Below are positions 38,688-48,850 of a DNA stretch of 64,000 bases, piece after piece. The stretch is from positions 4,160,001 to 4,224,000 of the forward strand of contig OY969695.1 in assembly GCA_963701965.1 (NCBI GenBank), read 5' to 3'. Made by a program: the position numbers and the translations under genes. The first letter of the stretch is position 1, and each line of letters starts with the position of its first letter. Source of the stretch: an uncultured Gemmatimonadales bacterium. Lineage in GTDB: Bacteria > Gemmatimonadota > Gemmatimonadetes > Gemmatimonadales > Gemmatimonadaceae. The notes under the pieces were generated by a model. The model was not told where the DNA came from. It searched no databases and saw only the letters and a program-made list of their open reading frames with translations.

Positions 38688-40130
38688 ATGGCATCCTCCA
38701 CGGAATTCAGCCGGGTCGAAGCCCGCAGCGCCGAGCTCAAACAGCAGTTGGGGCTTCGCGATCTGGTCCTGACCCAGATCCTCTATGTGGTCGGCCTCTC
38801 GTGGGTGGGCGCCGCGGCGAAGCTGGGGCACTCCCAGATTCCGTTCTGGCTGGGGGCGATGGCGCTCTTCTACCTGCCGCAGGCCGCCGTCGTCATCTAT
38901 TTGAGCCGCCGGTTCCCGCTCGAAGGCGGTCTCTATCAGTGGTCCAAGCTTGGCTTGAACAACGGGATCGCGTTCCTCGTCGCCTGGAATCTCTGGCTGT
39001 ACGCGATCGTCCTGCTCGGCGCGCTGGGACTCACGTTCGCCAACGCCATGATCTACGCCATCGGACCGAAGGCCCAGTGGCTCTCCGGGAACCCGGTGTA
39101 TATCGGCGCCGTCACCGGGACGCTCATGGGCGCGCTCATCGTGGTGTCGATCCTGGGGCTCGGCGTGAGCAAGTGGGTGCACAACATCGCCGGAATGCTC
39201 CTCATCGCGGCGTTTGGTCTCTTGCTCGTCCTTCCCGTGGTCAACGTGATCCGGGGTACGCTCCCCGCGTACCACCCGTTGGCGATGACGGCGCCCGCGA
39301 TGACGCTGCTCAACATCAACATCTTCGGGAAGCTGGCGGTAGGCGCCCTGTCGGGGTTCGAGTACGTCGCCATTCTCTCGGGCGAGGCCAAGGATGCGCG
39401 GCGCACGATCGGCCGCTCGGTCATGATCGCGGCACCGGTGATCGCGCTGATGTTCATCTTCGGCACGTCGGCGATCCAGGCGCTCGTGCCGATGGACCAG
39501 ATCGATCTGGTGGGGCCCATTCCGCAGGCCTTTCGTATCGGGCTGGGGTCGTCGGGATGGGTGGCCGTCCTGGTCCCACTGGCGGTCGCGGCGGCGAGCG
39601 CCCGCATCGTCGCCAACTCCAGTGTCCTGTTTACCGCCACCACGCGTATGCCCATGGTCGCGGGATGGGATGCGTTGATGCCGTCGTGGTTCGCGCGTCT
39701 GCATCCGCGGTATCGCACGCCGATCAACTCGATCTTCTTCATCGGGGTCTGCGCGCTCCTCTTCGCCGCGGCCTGTATGACGAATGTCGGAGAGCAGGAA
39801 GGATTTCAGCTGATCGACAACGCGGCCGGTATTTTCTACGGCCTCACGTATCTGGTGCTCTTCGCCGTGCCGCTCGTCGGGCTCCGGCGGGCGAGTGACG
39901 GGGAGCGGGTCCCCGTCCTGCTGCGCGTGCTGGCGCTGGCCGGATTCGCGACGACGCTGCTCTACGTCATTCTGTCCGTCCTACCGATTGTGGACGTGGC
40001 CAGCCGCTTCGTCTTCGCGCTCAAGATCAGCAGCTTGGTCATCGGCGCGAACGTGGTCGGGATCGCGCTCTATTGGCGGAGACGACTGGGGGCGGGGACC
40101 GTGCGGGTGCCGAGGCCGAGGAGGGCCTGA
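38688..40130 (+). CDS. APC-family amino acid permease
   Basis: About 12 TM segments; PLEGGLYQW, GFEYVAILSGEAKD and LHPRYRTP. Confidence 0.92.
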   Translation: MASSTEFSRVEARSAELKQQLGLRDLVLTQILYVVGLSWVGAAAKLGHSQIPFWLGAMALFYLPQAAVVIYLSRRFPLEGGLYQWSKLGLNNGIAFLVAWNLWLYAIVLLGALGLTFANAMIYAIGPKAQWLSGNPVYIGAVTGTLMGALIVVSILGLGVSKWVHNIAGMLLIAAFGLLLVLPVVNVIRGTLPAYHPLAMTAPAMTLLNINIFGKLAVGALSGFEYVAILSGEAKDARRTIGRSVMIAAPVIALMFIFGTSAIQALVPMDQIDLVGPIPQAFRIGLGSSGWVAVLVPLAVAAASARIVANSSVLFTATTRMPMVAGWDALMPSWFARLHPRYRTPINSIFFIGVCALLFAAACMTNVGEQEGFQLIDNAAGIFYGLTYLVLFAVPLVGLRRASDGERVPVLLRVLALAGFATTLLYVILSVLPIVDVASRFVFALKISSLVIGANVVGIALYWRRRLGAGTVRVPRPRRA

Positions 40131-40136
40131 CCGCGC

Positions 40137-40718
40137 TTATCTGGGAACGAAACCGTTGGCCTTGAGCTCATCCGCCGACATCTCGACAACGTCGACATGC
40201 AACCGGATGGGCTGCAGGGGATTGTTGGTGGAGTCCTTGGGCACGGAGACGATCGCTTCCACGACGCTCATGCCCTTGAAGACCTGCCCATAGACCGTGT
40301 AGTGGCCGTCGAGCTTCGGCAGGCCCTGTTTGTTGACCACGATGTAGAACTGGCACCCCGCCGAGAGCTGGCCCGGATTGTCGTCGCGACCGGCGCCCAC
40401 AGCCCCGTACACGTGCTTCAGGTGTTCGTTGAATTCCGGCGCCAGCAGGTACGGCGACCCGCCGAACCCTTGCGGGGTGTCGGGACAGCCGGCCTGCGCC
40501 ACGAAGTTCTTGATGACCCGGTTGAACGTCAACGAGTCCCAGTAGTGGCTCGACGCCAACCGGATGAAGCTCGCTTTGTGCCGGGGCGTCTGGTCGCGGA
40601 GCAGGAACAGAATCTCGCCCTTGTCGGTCTGGATACGGCCGACTTGGTAGGTCTTGGCGGGCCGCGAGCCGGCGACCAAGGGGATGGTGAGCAAGACGGT
40701 CAGGAGGAGTCGGCGCAT
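40137..40718 (-). CDS. secreted cyclophilin-type peptidyl-prolyl isomerase
   Basis: FNRVIKNFVAQAG, QFYIV and LDGHYTVYGQV. Confidence 0.92.
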   Translation of the reverse strand: MRRLLLTVLLTIPLVAGSRPAKTYQVGRIQTDKGEILFLLRDQTPRHKASFIRLASSHYWDSLTFNRVIKNFVAQAGCPDTPQGFGGSPYLLAPEFNEHLKHVYGAVGAGRDDNPGQLSAGCQFYIVVNKQGLPKLDGHYTVYGQVFKGMSVVEAIVSVPKDSTNNPLQPIRLHVDVVEMSADELKANGFVPR

Positions 40719-40803
40719 GGGGACAATAATGCGGCTCGACTGTAGTCTGAGCCAGTAGGCGATCCCGGGGCGCGCCGGACCGGCGATTGCACTGGTCGGC
40801 CAC

Positions 40804-41658
40804 ATGGTGGTTGGGGGGTATCGGATCAACACGCTCGTGCGGAGTACGGCGCGTCACTTGTGGGCGCACGGTGTGCTCGGCCTCGGCGCGCAGACGGCGT
40901 ACTATTTCTTCTTTTCGCTCTTTCCCATTCTGTTGTTCTCGGCGCCGCTACTGAGCCTGGTAGGCGATCGGCGGCGGACGATGGAAGCGATCCTGACCCA
41001 GATCGCGCCGGTGGTGCCGAGCGAGGCGTACGCGCTCATTCAGAGCGTGCTGCAGGATGTGGTCTTCTCCTCGGGCGCGCCGGGCGTGATGTCGGTCGGC
41101 GCCCTGCTGGCCTTGTGGAGCGGCTCGAATGTCTTTTCGTCGCTCGCCGACGCGCTCAATCGGGCCTACGGCGTGCCCGAGCGCCGGCCTTTCTGGAAGG
41201 TGTCGCTCATCGCGATGGCGTTCGTGATCGGGGCCGGCGTCGCCATGATCGCCGCGACGATCCTCTTCGTGTTTGCCGAGCCCATCGTCCACGCGCTCGC
41301 CGACCTGCTCGGCCTGGGCGACGTCGGGGTCGCGCTGTGGTCGATCGTCCAAGTGGGGATCGCGATCGCCCTGGTCGTGGCGGTGGGCGCGGCGGTCTTC
41401 TACATCCTGCCCAGCGTCCGCCTGATGTGGCGCGAGGCGCTGCTCGGCTCCGTCGTCGCCACGGCACTGTGGATCGTCGTGACCGCCGGATTTCGCCTCT
41501 ATGTCGAGAACTTTTCGACATATAACCGGACGTATGGCACGATCGGTGGCGTCATCGTGCTCTTGACTTGGATGTACCTCTCGATGCTGGCCGTGCTCGT
41601 GGGTGGTGAATTCGCCGCGGAGATGCATGCCGGCACCGGACGCGTCGCGTCCGCCTGA
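40804..41658 (+). CDS. YihY/BrkB-family membrane protein
   Basis: AYYFFFSLFP, LNRAY and YNRTYGTIGGVIVLLTWMY. Confidence 0.93.
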   Translation: MVVGGYRINTLVRSTARHLWAHGVLGLGAQTAYYFFFSLFPILLFSAPLLSLVGDRRRTMEAILTQIAPVVPSEAYALIQSVLQDVVFSSGAPGVMSVGALLALWSGSNVFSSLADALNRAYGVPERRPFWKVSLIAMAFVIGAGVAMIAATILFVFAEPIVHALADLLGLGDVGVALWSIVQVGIAIALVVAVGAAVFYILPSVRLMWREALLGSVVATALWIVVTAGFRLYVENFSTYNRTYGTIGGVIVLLTWMYLSMLAVLVGGEFAAEMHAGTGRVASA

Positions 41659-42083
41659 GCCATTGCCTTCGCGCTATCGCTCCACGTCGAACGGGGCCCC
41701 TACGCCGCACTATTTCGTCGCGCAGACGGCGCGGACGTCTTCCGCGATGTGAATGGCGCGTTCGCGGATCTCTTGAACGCGGTCGACATCGCCGATGTCG
41801 TCGCTTTCCTGCGGACGCTGACCGACAGCGACGCTCAGGGATCGACGCGTTGAGATAGCGCTGCCGTCCGCCGGGCCCGGGCCGGCGCGGTCGGGTACCG
41901 GCCAGACGTAGACGCGCGTGGCGCCCGGCGGCACGCCGTCGTCGGCCCGATCGGCGCGCCCAGGTGCTCCCAGGCCGTCTCCCCTCCCCCCCCACCGTCT
42001 CCTGGGCGTCGTTGGTTGATCAAATGTCGCACGGAGCCCAGAATTCCGAGGCACGAATTCATTTGTCCTCGGAGGTCGTTCAG

Positions 42084-44252
42084 GTGAAGCGCGTACTCAT
42101 TCTCGCGGCGCTCTGCGCCACACCGGCTTTGGCGCAGGGCCCGGGTGACATCGCCCGCTGGAAGCAAGAGGCCCGGGCCGTCACGATCATCCGGGACGAT
42201 TGGGGCATCCCGCACATCTACGGGAAGACGGACGCCGACGCGGTGTTCGGCCTCTTGTACGCCCAGGCCGAGGACGACTTCAATCGCGTCGAGACGAACT
42301 ATATCAACGCGATGGGGCGCCTGTCCGAGGTCGAGGGCGAAGACGCCGTGTATCGCGATCTCCGGATGAAGCTGTTCATCGACCCGGACAGCATGAAGGC
42401 CAAGTACGAGACCAGTCCGCCGTGGCTCAAGAGCCTGATGAATGCCTACGCGGACGGGTTGAACTACTATTTGTATACTCATCCCCGCACGGTGCCGAGG
42501 CTCATCAAGCACTTCGAGCCGTGGATGGCCCTGACCTTCAGTGAAGGGAGCATTGGTGGCGATATCGAGCACGTGTCGCTGCGCCAGCTTGCGGCGTTCT
42601 ATGGCAGCGACTCCATGCCGCGTCTGCCGTCAGCCGAAGCGCCGAGATCCACCGAGGCGTCGGGATCAAATGGCATGGCCATCGCGCCATCGTTGACGGC
42701 GTCGCACCACGCGATGCTTCTCATCAACCCGCACACATCGTTCTTTTTCCGCGCCGAGGTGCAGGTCGTAAGTGATGAGGGCCTCGATGCGTATGGCGCG
42801 GTGACGTGGGGACAATTTTTCGTCTATCAGGGCTTCAACCCGCGCATCGGATGGATGCACACATCGAGCGCGGTGAACGATGTCAACGAGTACGCCGAGA
42901 CCGTCGTCAAGAATGGCGACAAGGTCTCCTATCGCTACGGGGGAGCGCTCCGGCCCATGACGGTCTCGACGGTCACGGTGCCGTACAAGACGTCCACCGG
43001 GATGGCCGAGCGGCGCTTCACGGTATATCGCACGCTCCATGGGCCCATCGTGCGCTGGGCCGACGGAAAGTGGGTCAGTGTCCGTTTGATGCAGGAGCCG
43101 GTGAAAGCGCTGACGCAGTCGTACTCGCGGACGAAGGCCCGCGATTACAAATCATTCCGTGAGTCCCTGGAGTTGCATACCAACTCCTCGAACAACACGA
43201 TCTTCGCCGACGCGGACGGTGACATCGCGTACTTCCATGCCAACTTCATTCCCCGGCGGGACGACAAGTTCGACTGGACGAAGCCCGTCGACGGGAGCGA
43301 TCCGGCTACCGAGTGGAAGGGGCTCTTGTCAGTCGATGAAAGCCCCCTTCTCTTGAATCCGTCCAACGGGTGGCTCTACAACAGCAACAACTCCCCGTGG
43401 TCGGCGGCCGGACCGAACAGTCCAAAGCAGGCGGACTATCCCAAGTACGTCGACGACGGCTACGAGACCGCGCGCGGGCTGCACGCGGTCCGCGTGTTGG
43501 AGCATGCGCGGCAGTTCACGTTGGACTCGTTGATGCACGCCGCGTACGACAGCTACCTCCCCGCGTTTCAGTTCATGATTCCATCCTTGGCCAAGGCGTG
43601 GGACGGCACCCGGTCGGACGATCCCATGCGCGCCAAGGTGGCGGATCAGGTCGCGCTGCTCCGGGCATGGGATCTCCGGTGGGGGACGACATTTATTCCG
43701 ACGACCCTGGCCGTGTATTGGGGAAACGAGCTGGCGCGCCGACTAGGACGAACGGGCGGGGAAGCCAGCGTCGAGTACTACGAGCACATCGCCAGTCAGG
43801 CGAGTGCCGCGGATCAGCTCCAGGCGTTGGCGGCCGCGTCTGACCGATTGACGGCGGACTTCGGAACCTGGCGGACGCCGTGGGGCGACGTGAATCGCTT
43901 CCAGCGGATCACCGACGACATCGCGCCGCACTTCGACGATGCGATGCCGAGCATTCCCGTGGGCTTCACCTACTCGCAGTGGGGATCGCTGGCGTCTTTT
44001 AGCGCTCGGACGTACCCGGGAACCAAGAAGATGTACGGGACGTCGGGCAATAGCTTCGTCGCCGTGGTGGAGTTCGGCGACAGCGTACGCGCCAAGGCCG
44101 TGACCGCGGGCGGTGAGAGCGGCGACCCGACCTCGCCGCACTTCAACGACGAGGCGCAGCGCTACAGCACGGGGAATCTACGCGACGTCTACTTCTACCG
44201 CGGGCAGCTCAAAGGCCACACGCAGCGGGAATACCATCCCGGCGACGCTTAG
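42084..44252 (+). CDS. penicillin acylase family (Ntn hydrolase, S45), secreted
   Basis: IIRDDWGIPHIYG, GSNG autoprocessing Ser, LINPH and GNSFVAVVEF. Confidence 0.93.
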   Translation: MKRVLILAALCATPALAQGPGDIARWKQEARAVTIIRDDWGIPHIYGKTDADAVFGLLYAQAEDDFNRVETNYINAMGRLSEVEGEDAVYRDLRMKLFIDPDSMKAKYETSPPWLKSLMNAYADGLNYYLYTHPRTVPRLIKHFEPWMALTFSEGSIGGDIEHVSLRQLAAFYGSDSMPRLPSAEAPRSTEASGSNGMAIAPSLTASHHAMLLINPHTSFFFRAEVQVVSDEGLDAYGAVTWGQFFVYQGFNPRIGWMHTSSAVNDVNEYAETVVKNGDKVSYRYGGALRPMTVSTVTVPYKTSTGMAERRFTVYRTLHGPIVRWADGKWVSVRLMQEPVKALTQSYSRTKARDYKSFRESLELHTNSSNNTIFADADGDIAYFHANFIPRRDDKFDWTKPVDGSDPATEWKGLLSVDESPLLLNPSNGWLYNSNNSPWSAAGPNSPKQADYPKYVDDGYETARGLHAVRVLEHARQFTLDSLMHAAYDSYLPAFQFMIPSLAKAWDGTRSDDPMRAKVADQVALLRAWDLRWGTTFIPTTLAVYWGNELARRLGRTGGEASVEYYEHIASQASAADQLQALAAASDRLTADFGTWRTPWGDVNRFQRITDDIAPHFDDAMPSIPVGFTYSQWGSLASFSARTYPGTKKMYGTSGNSFVAVVEFGDSVRAKAVTAGGESGDPTSPHFNDEAQRYSTGNLRDVYFYRGQLKGHTQREYHPGDA

Positions 44253-45136
44253 GGCGACAGGTCCGGCGTGTAGCTGGTGACGAATTCGATGAACTTCGAG
44301 ACTTCGGTCATGTCCTTGCCGACGAACTCGATCGAGTGGGACGCCGTGCGCCGTACGACGGGCAGGTACGTCAGCATGTCGGCCGGGCGGTAGTTCTTGA
44401 ACGTGAGTCCCAGGCGGACGGGCGGTTTCACGACATACGGCCGGAGCTGCGCGCGGCGCTCGACTCCGGCCTTCACCTTGTCGTGGATCAACGCCTGGCC
44501 CGCCTGCGGAGTCATGGTCGCGGCGGCGTGAAACGAGATGGCGCGCTTGACTACGGCGCCTTCGATGTTGCCGAGGAGGCGTTGGGCTTCTCCCACCGCG
44601 ATGTCGTCGCCGGAAATCGCGACGACCGGCACCCCGAAACTCCCGGCGATCGCGGCGCTGATCCCCGACTCTGGCATTGGGACGCCGTTCAGGTCGACCT
44701 CCGCGAGCACGGCACTGGAGATCGTGTGCGCGCGCACGCCCGCGGGATTCGTGGTCGCGGCGTGATACCCGATGAAGACCACGGCGCCGAAGGTGGAGTC
44801 GATGCCTTCCATCATCTGGAGCGGCCGGGGCCACGAACGGATGATCGTCACGTCGGGCGGGAACTGGTCGATCAGGAGATTCTCGCCGTTTCCGTGCGAG
44901 TCACTCACCACGATCGTCGTGGCCCCGGCATCCTTGGCACCCTGAACGGCCGCCAAGGCCTCCGCGGTCATGAAGCCCCGGAAACGCTCGTACTCGAATC
45001 CCGGCGGCCCGAGTTGATCCGGCGTGACGACGCCGGTGATGCCTTCCATGTCGACCGAGATGTAGACCTTGAAGGGCCGCTGGGCGACCGCCGGTGTGGC
45101 CACGGCGAGCGCGAGGGCGATCTGGAGGTAGCGCAC
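44249..45136 (-). CDS. M55-family D-aminopeptidase (DppA-like), with signal peptide
   Basis: ISVDMEGI, SDSHG, GYHA, AHTIS and SGDD. Confidence 0.93.
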   Translation of the reverse strand: MRYLQIALALAVATPAVAQRPFKVYISVDMEGITGVVTPDQLGPPGFEYERFRGFMTAEALAAVQGAKDAGATTIVVSDSHGNGENLLIDQFPPDVTIIRSWPRPLQMMEGIDSTFGAVVFIGYHAATTNPAGVRAHTISSAVLAEVDLNGVPMPESGISAAIAGSFGVPVVAISGDDIAVGEAQRLLGNIEGAVVKRAISFHAAATMTPQAGQALIHDKVKAGVERRAQLRPYVVKPPVRLGLTFKNYRPADMLTYLPVVRRTASHSIEFVGKDMTEVSKFIEFVTSYTPDLSP

Positions 45137-45149
45137 GACGGCAACTTAC

Positions 45150-46079
45150 CGTCCTTCTGGCTAGATGCCGTTGAAGCGTGTCGAACGGCTGATCCTGGTA
45201 CTTGGAGCTAAGACGATTGAGGGAGTAAAAGGCTGAATCAAACGAAGCATTGGACCACTCCGCGTGAAGCTGTCTCGCCAGATCCAATCGCGGGGCGCCA
45301 TAGATGCGTCCGCGTGTGCGGCACCTGGCACGAACCGACGCACGCCACGCTCGTCCCGAGCCTTGCTCGCGAACCGTGCCGACAAAATCGGCGCTATCGG
45401 ATGCCGGGTACCACTGCGCAAACAGCGTATCGCTAACTGGGCTCAACGACTCGCTTGTCAGGCTGCGCGCTGTGGGAGCGGCAGATCCTGTGTCGATATG
45501 CCGCTCTTGTGCCTGTGATCGGAGGGCGTCCGATCCGCTGAGAGGCACTAGCTGTATCGAGTCATGTGGTCGCCATTGCGAACAAACGCGCACACTGTCA
45601 GGAAATGCATTCCAGACTTCTTTCCAATCCCTGAGAGTTGCGGAGCTGACCGCGGTGCTGAACTTAGCTTTGCTGCTTGATGTGGATATGTCCCACAATC
45701 CGTGATCCCGACCTCCAATGGTCACATTGTCAGACACGATGCCGTTGCTCGTGACAAGTTCTCCCGCAAGAGAAATCGTACCTGTCCACCCTTGATTGAT
45801 TTCGCTGTTCGAATCGGGGTCCGCACCGGCGTGCGATACTCCCTCGAATGTCAGCAGCCAGGCGGAGTCACTCAACAATCGTTGTGCTCGAACTATGTCT
45901 CGCGCATTGCTGCGCGCACGTTCCAAGCCCCACGGATCGATACTCATTGCCGCGACTAGCAGGGCGATCGAAGTCAACACCACCGCGAAGTGTGTCGTCC
46001 GCAGGAGTGCCGCGTGGTCCCCTAACTCGCGCCTCGCTCGCTCATCTTCCTTTGCCAGTTGGGAGAATTCGTAGGTCAT
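45150..46079 (-). CDS. hypothetical membrane-anchored protein in a lower-GC insert; 3' end apparently truncated
   Basis: Open frame from ATG 46079 with one TM segment; frame runs without a stop into the M55 gene region; AT-richer codon usage. Confidence 0.5.
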
Positions 46080-46428
46080 CTGGTAGTAGATACCACAGCA
46101 ATGACAGCATGCGCGTGACTGCGCAAGTCGGCAGCACAATCTAGGCGATTCTAGTCAGCCCCGCAGAGTGGCCAACGACGACTATAGACCGAGTGACGTT
46201 GCTACACGTGTACCAAAGGGTCAAGAGCTCCTTTGCGACCGGCGAAGTTCAACGCGTTTTCCGAAACTGGATCACCAAAGAGGATTGATCGGTCGCGATG
46301 CGACTTGTAACGATCGATGACTGTGCGTACGTAATCGCCGAATGGGCGACTCGGACTTGTCGCCGCGAATGTCACTGAGGCCTGCATGTCGGGGCAAAAC
46401 GTACCCGTGCACCTTGTGTCAGATAGAG

Positions 46429-47610
46429 TCAGCGACTCGGCCACCCCGTCTGCGGGGCGCCCTTGGTGATCTTGAGCGCGTTCTCGAAGTAGACCTTCCT
46501 GAGCACGCTATCCGGGAGATCGATGCCGTACAGTTTCCAGAACGCATGGTACGGCCGGTAGTAGTCGAAGTACTCGTCCGCGGTCTCGAACACACGCCAG
46601 TAGTACGGATATTCCGACGGTTGGAACGAGTCTTTGCCGAACAGGATCCGATCCTGGTACTTGACGAAGAACGCGTGCGCGCCGCGCGGTTGGCGGCCGA
46701 TGTCGTAGAGGACGGCGCCGACCTCGGTGTATACGTTGGGCATCGCGTCGAGCATCGCGCCCAATGACGCCAGATCGTTGGCGTGCCATCCCATGTGGGC
46801 GGCGACGAAGGTCGTCTTCGGGTGTTTCCGGAACAGGTTGTCCCGCTCTGTCATCAATTCGACGAAGCTTGGGAACCGATCCTGCGGATACCGGCGTTCC
46901 GAAAAGAGCGACAGTTCCAGCCACCGCTCGTTGGTGTAGTCGATCGGCTGGAAGAACTCCTGCGGATCGGCCGTGTGGATGAAGACAGGAATGCCCAGCC
47001 GCGCGCACTCGTCCCAGATGGGATCCAGCTCGGCGTCATCGATCCGGAGCCGCGTCCCGTCCCGCTTCTTGATCGAGAGCCCGAGACTCTTGGAGATCTC
47101 GCCGACCCCAACCGCGCCCGCCGCGATGTCCGCGTCGAGTTGTTTGATGGCACGATCGGCCCATCCGGGGCCGACATCGCGAAAATCGATCCCGGCGAGC
47201 ACGCGCACGCGGTCCCGCATCTTGTCCGATCCGCGGACCGCGGTCAGCGCGCTGCGCAGCCGATCGCCGGAACGATTGTCGGCGGAGATCATGAGACGCA
47301 CGTTCAAGCTGTCCATCGCGGCGCCAAGCGTGGCGAGGCCATCGGCCGACGTGATGAGATCCTGCGGGTGGCCGTGAAAATCGATCGCCGGATACTTCGC
47401 CCTCTTGACCAGGTGGGCCGGCGTCACTAGCGTCGACTTCGGCCGGTAGTCCAGGATGCTCGGCGCCGGACTGCTTGGTGACTCGCAGTTGTGGGGACGG
47501 ACCTCGGTCGTCCCGGCCGGACAGGGGTCCGGGTTCGCGGTCTGCGCTGGTAGAGAGGGCGCGATGACCGCCATCACGACGATTGCGACGAGAGAGGGGA
47601 ACGAGTTCAT
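46429..47610 (-). CDS. amidohydrolase-2 family protein, secreted
   Basis: IDFHGH, IHTADP, AAHMG and RILFGKD. Confidence 0.9.
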   Translation of the reverse strand: MNSFPSLVAIVVMAVIAPSLPAQTANPDPCPAGTTEVRPHNCESPSSPAPSILDYRPKSTLVTPAHLVKRAKYPAIDFHGHPQDLITSADGLATLGAAMDSLNVRLMISADNRSGDRLRSALTAVRGSDKMRDRVRVLAGIDFRDVGPGWADRAIKQLDADIAAGAVGVGEISKSLGLSIKKRDGTRLRIDDAELDPIWDECARLGIPVFIHTADPQEFFQPIDYTNERWLELSLFSERRYPQDRFPSFVELMTERDNLFRKHPKTTFVAAHMGWHANDLASLGAMLDAMPNVYTEVGAVLYDIGRQPRGAHAFFVKYQDRILFGKDSFQPSEYPYYWRVFETADEYFDYYRPYHAFWKLYGIDLPDSVLRKVYFENALKITKGAPQTGWPSR

Positions 47611-47641
47611 GACGATTCCCGGACGCCAAATTGAGGGAGCG

Positions 47642-48850
47642 ATGAGGGCGAGCGTGCCACCGGATTCTAATACGCGAGCCGGGGCCGAGCCGGTGGTCCG
47701 TCCCACCCGGCGCGCGCGCATCGCGTCACTCGATATCGTACGCGGCGCGGCGATGATCCTCATGGCGCTGGATCACGTGCGGGTCTACTCGGGCCAACCG
47801 GCGGGCGGACCGACTCCCGGCATCTTCTTTACCCGCTGGATCACCCATTTCGTGGCGCCGACGTTTCTCTTTCTCGCGGGGACGGGCGCCTATCTCCACG
47901 GTCAGTCACTCGGCGATCGCCGGGCCGCGGCGCGATTTCTCGTCACGCGCGGGCTCTGGCTCGTGCTGCTCGAGCTGACCGTCATTCGCGTGGCCTGGAC
48001 CTTCAACCTTGATTTCAGCCACTACCTGCTGGCCGGCGTCATCTGGATGATCGGTTGGTGCATGGTGTTGATGGCCGGCGTGATCTTCCTGCCCATGCGC
48101 GCCATCGCCGGCGTCGGCATCGCGATCATCGCGCTCCATAACATCACGGATTTCTTCCCGGTGGAGAACCCCGGCTGGTTGCTCCAGGTGCTGTACTACG
48201 GCGGGGTCGTTCATATCGGCGCGTCGGGTCCGCCACTCTACGTCCTGTTCGTCATCGTGCCGTGGATCGCGGTCATGATGGTCGGCTACGCGTTCGGCCC
48301 CGTGATGACCATGACCGTCGAACGCCGTCGAACACTCTGCCTGCGCCTCGGACTCCTGCTCTCGGCGCTCTTCGTCGTGTTGCGCGTGCTCGGCGTATAC
48401 GGCGACCCCCGCCCGTGGGCCACGCTCACCCAGCACCTCCCAAGCGCGCTCGCGTTCCTCGCCACCAATAAATACCCGGCGTCATTGGAGTTTCTGCTCA
48501 TGACCCTGGGCCCGATGTTCGTGGCCCTGGCGCTCGTCGAGACGTGGCGCGGCCGCTTCGCAGACGTGGTCTCGACATTCGGACGCGTGCCCTTCTTCTA
48601 CTATGTCCTTCACATCCCCACGATCCATCTCGCGGCGTGCATCGTCTCGGTCGTCCGCGAAGGTCACATCGATCCGTGGTTGTTCGGCAATCACCCGATG
48701 GCGCCCGGCCCGGCGCCCGACGGGTATATGTGGAGCCTCCCGCTGCTCTACCTCGTGTTCTTCATTTGCGTGACCGCGCTCTATCTCCCCTGCCGTTGGT
48801 ACGCGCGGGTGAAAGAGACGCGTCGTTCGGCTCTTTTGAGTTACTTGTAG
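47642..48850 (+). CDS. DUF1624 / HGSNAT-like membrane acyltransferase
   Basis: SLDIVRG, MALDH, RWITHFVAP, KYPASL and GRVPFFYY. Confidence 0.88.
   Translation: MRASVPPDSNTRAGAEPVVRPTRRARIASLDIVRGAAMILMALDHVRVYSGQPAGGPTPGIFFTRWITHFVAPTFLFLAGTGAYLHGQSLGDRRAAARFLVTRGLWLVLLELTVIRVAWTFNLDFSHYLLAGVIWMIGWCMVLMAGVIFLPMRAIAGVGIAIIALHNITDFFPVENPGWLLQVLYYGGVVHIGASGPPLYVLFVIVPWIAVMMVGYAFGPVMTMTVERRRTLCLRLGLLLSALFVVLRVLGVYGDPRPWATLTQHLPSALAFLATNKYPASLEFLLMTLGPMFVALALVETWRGRFADVVSTFGRVPFFYYVLHIPTIHLAACIVSVVREGHIDPWLFGNHPMAPGPAPDGYMWSLPLLYLVFFICVTALYLPCRWYARVKETRRSALLSYL

Noticed and set aside
36834..39704. 956-aa amidase with long N-terminal extension
   Set aside because: The extension is antisense to the APC permease; the Tat signal places the start at 38636.
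41710..42054. 114-aa minus-strand ORF between yihY and the acylase
   Set aside because: No recognisable motif and a weak start; it may be a remnant but cannot be supported.
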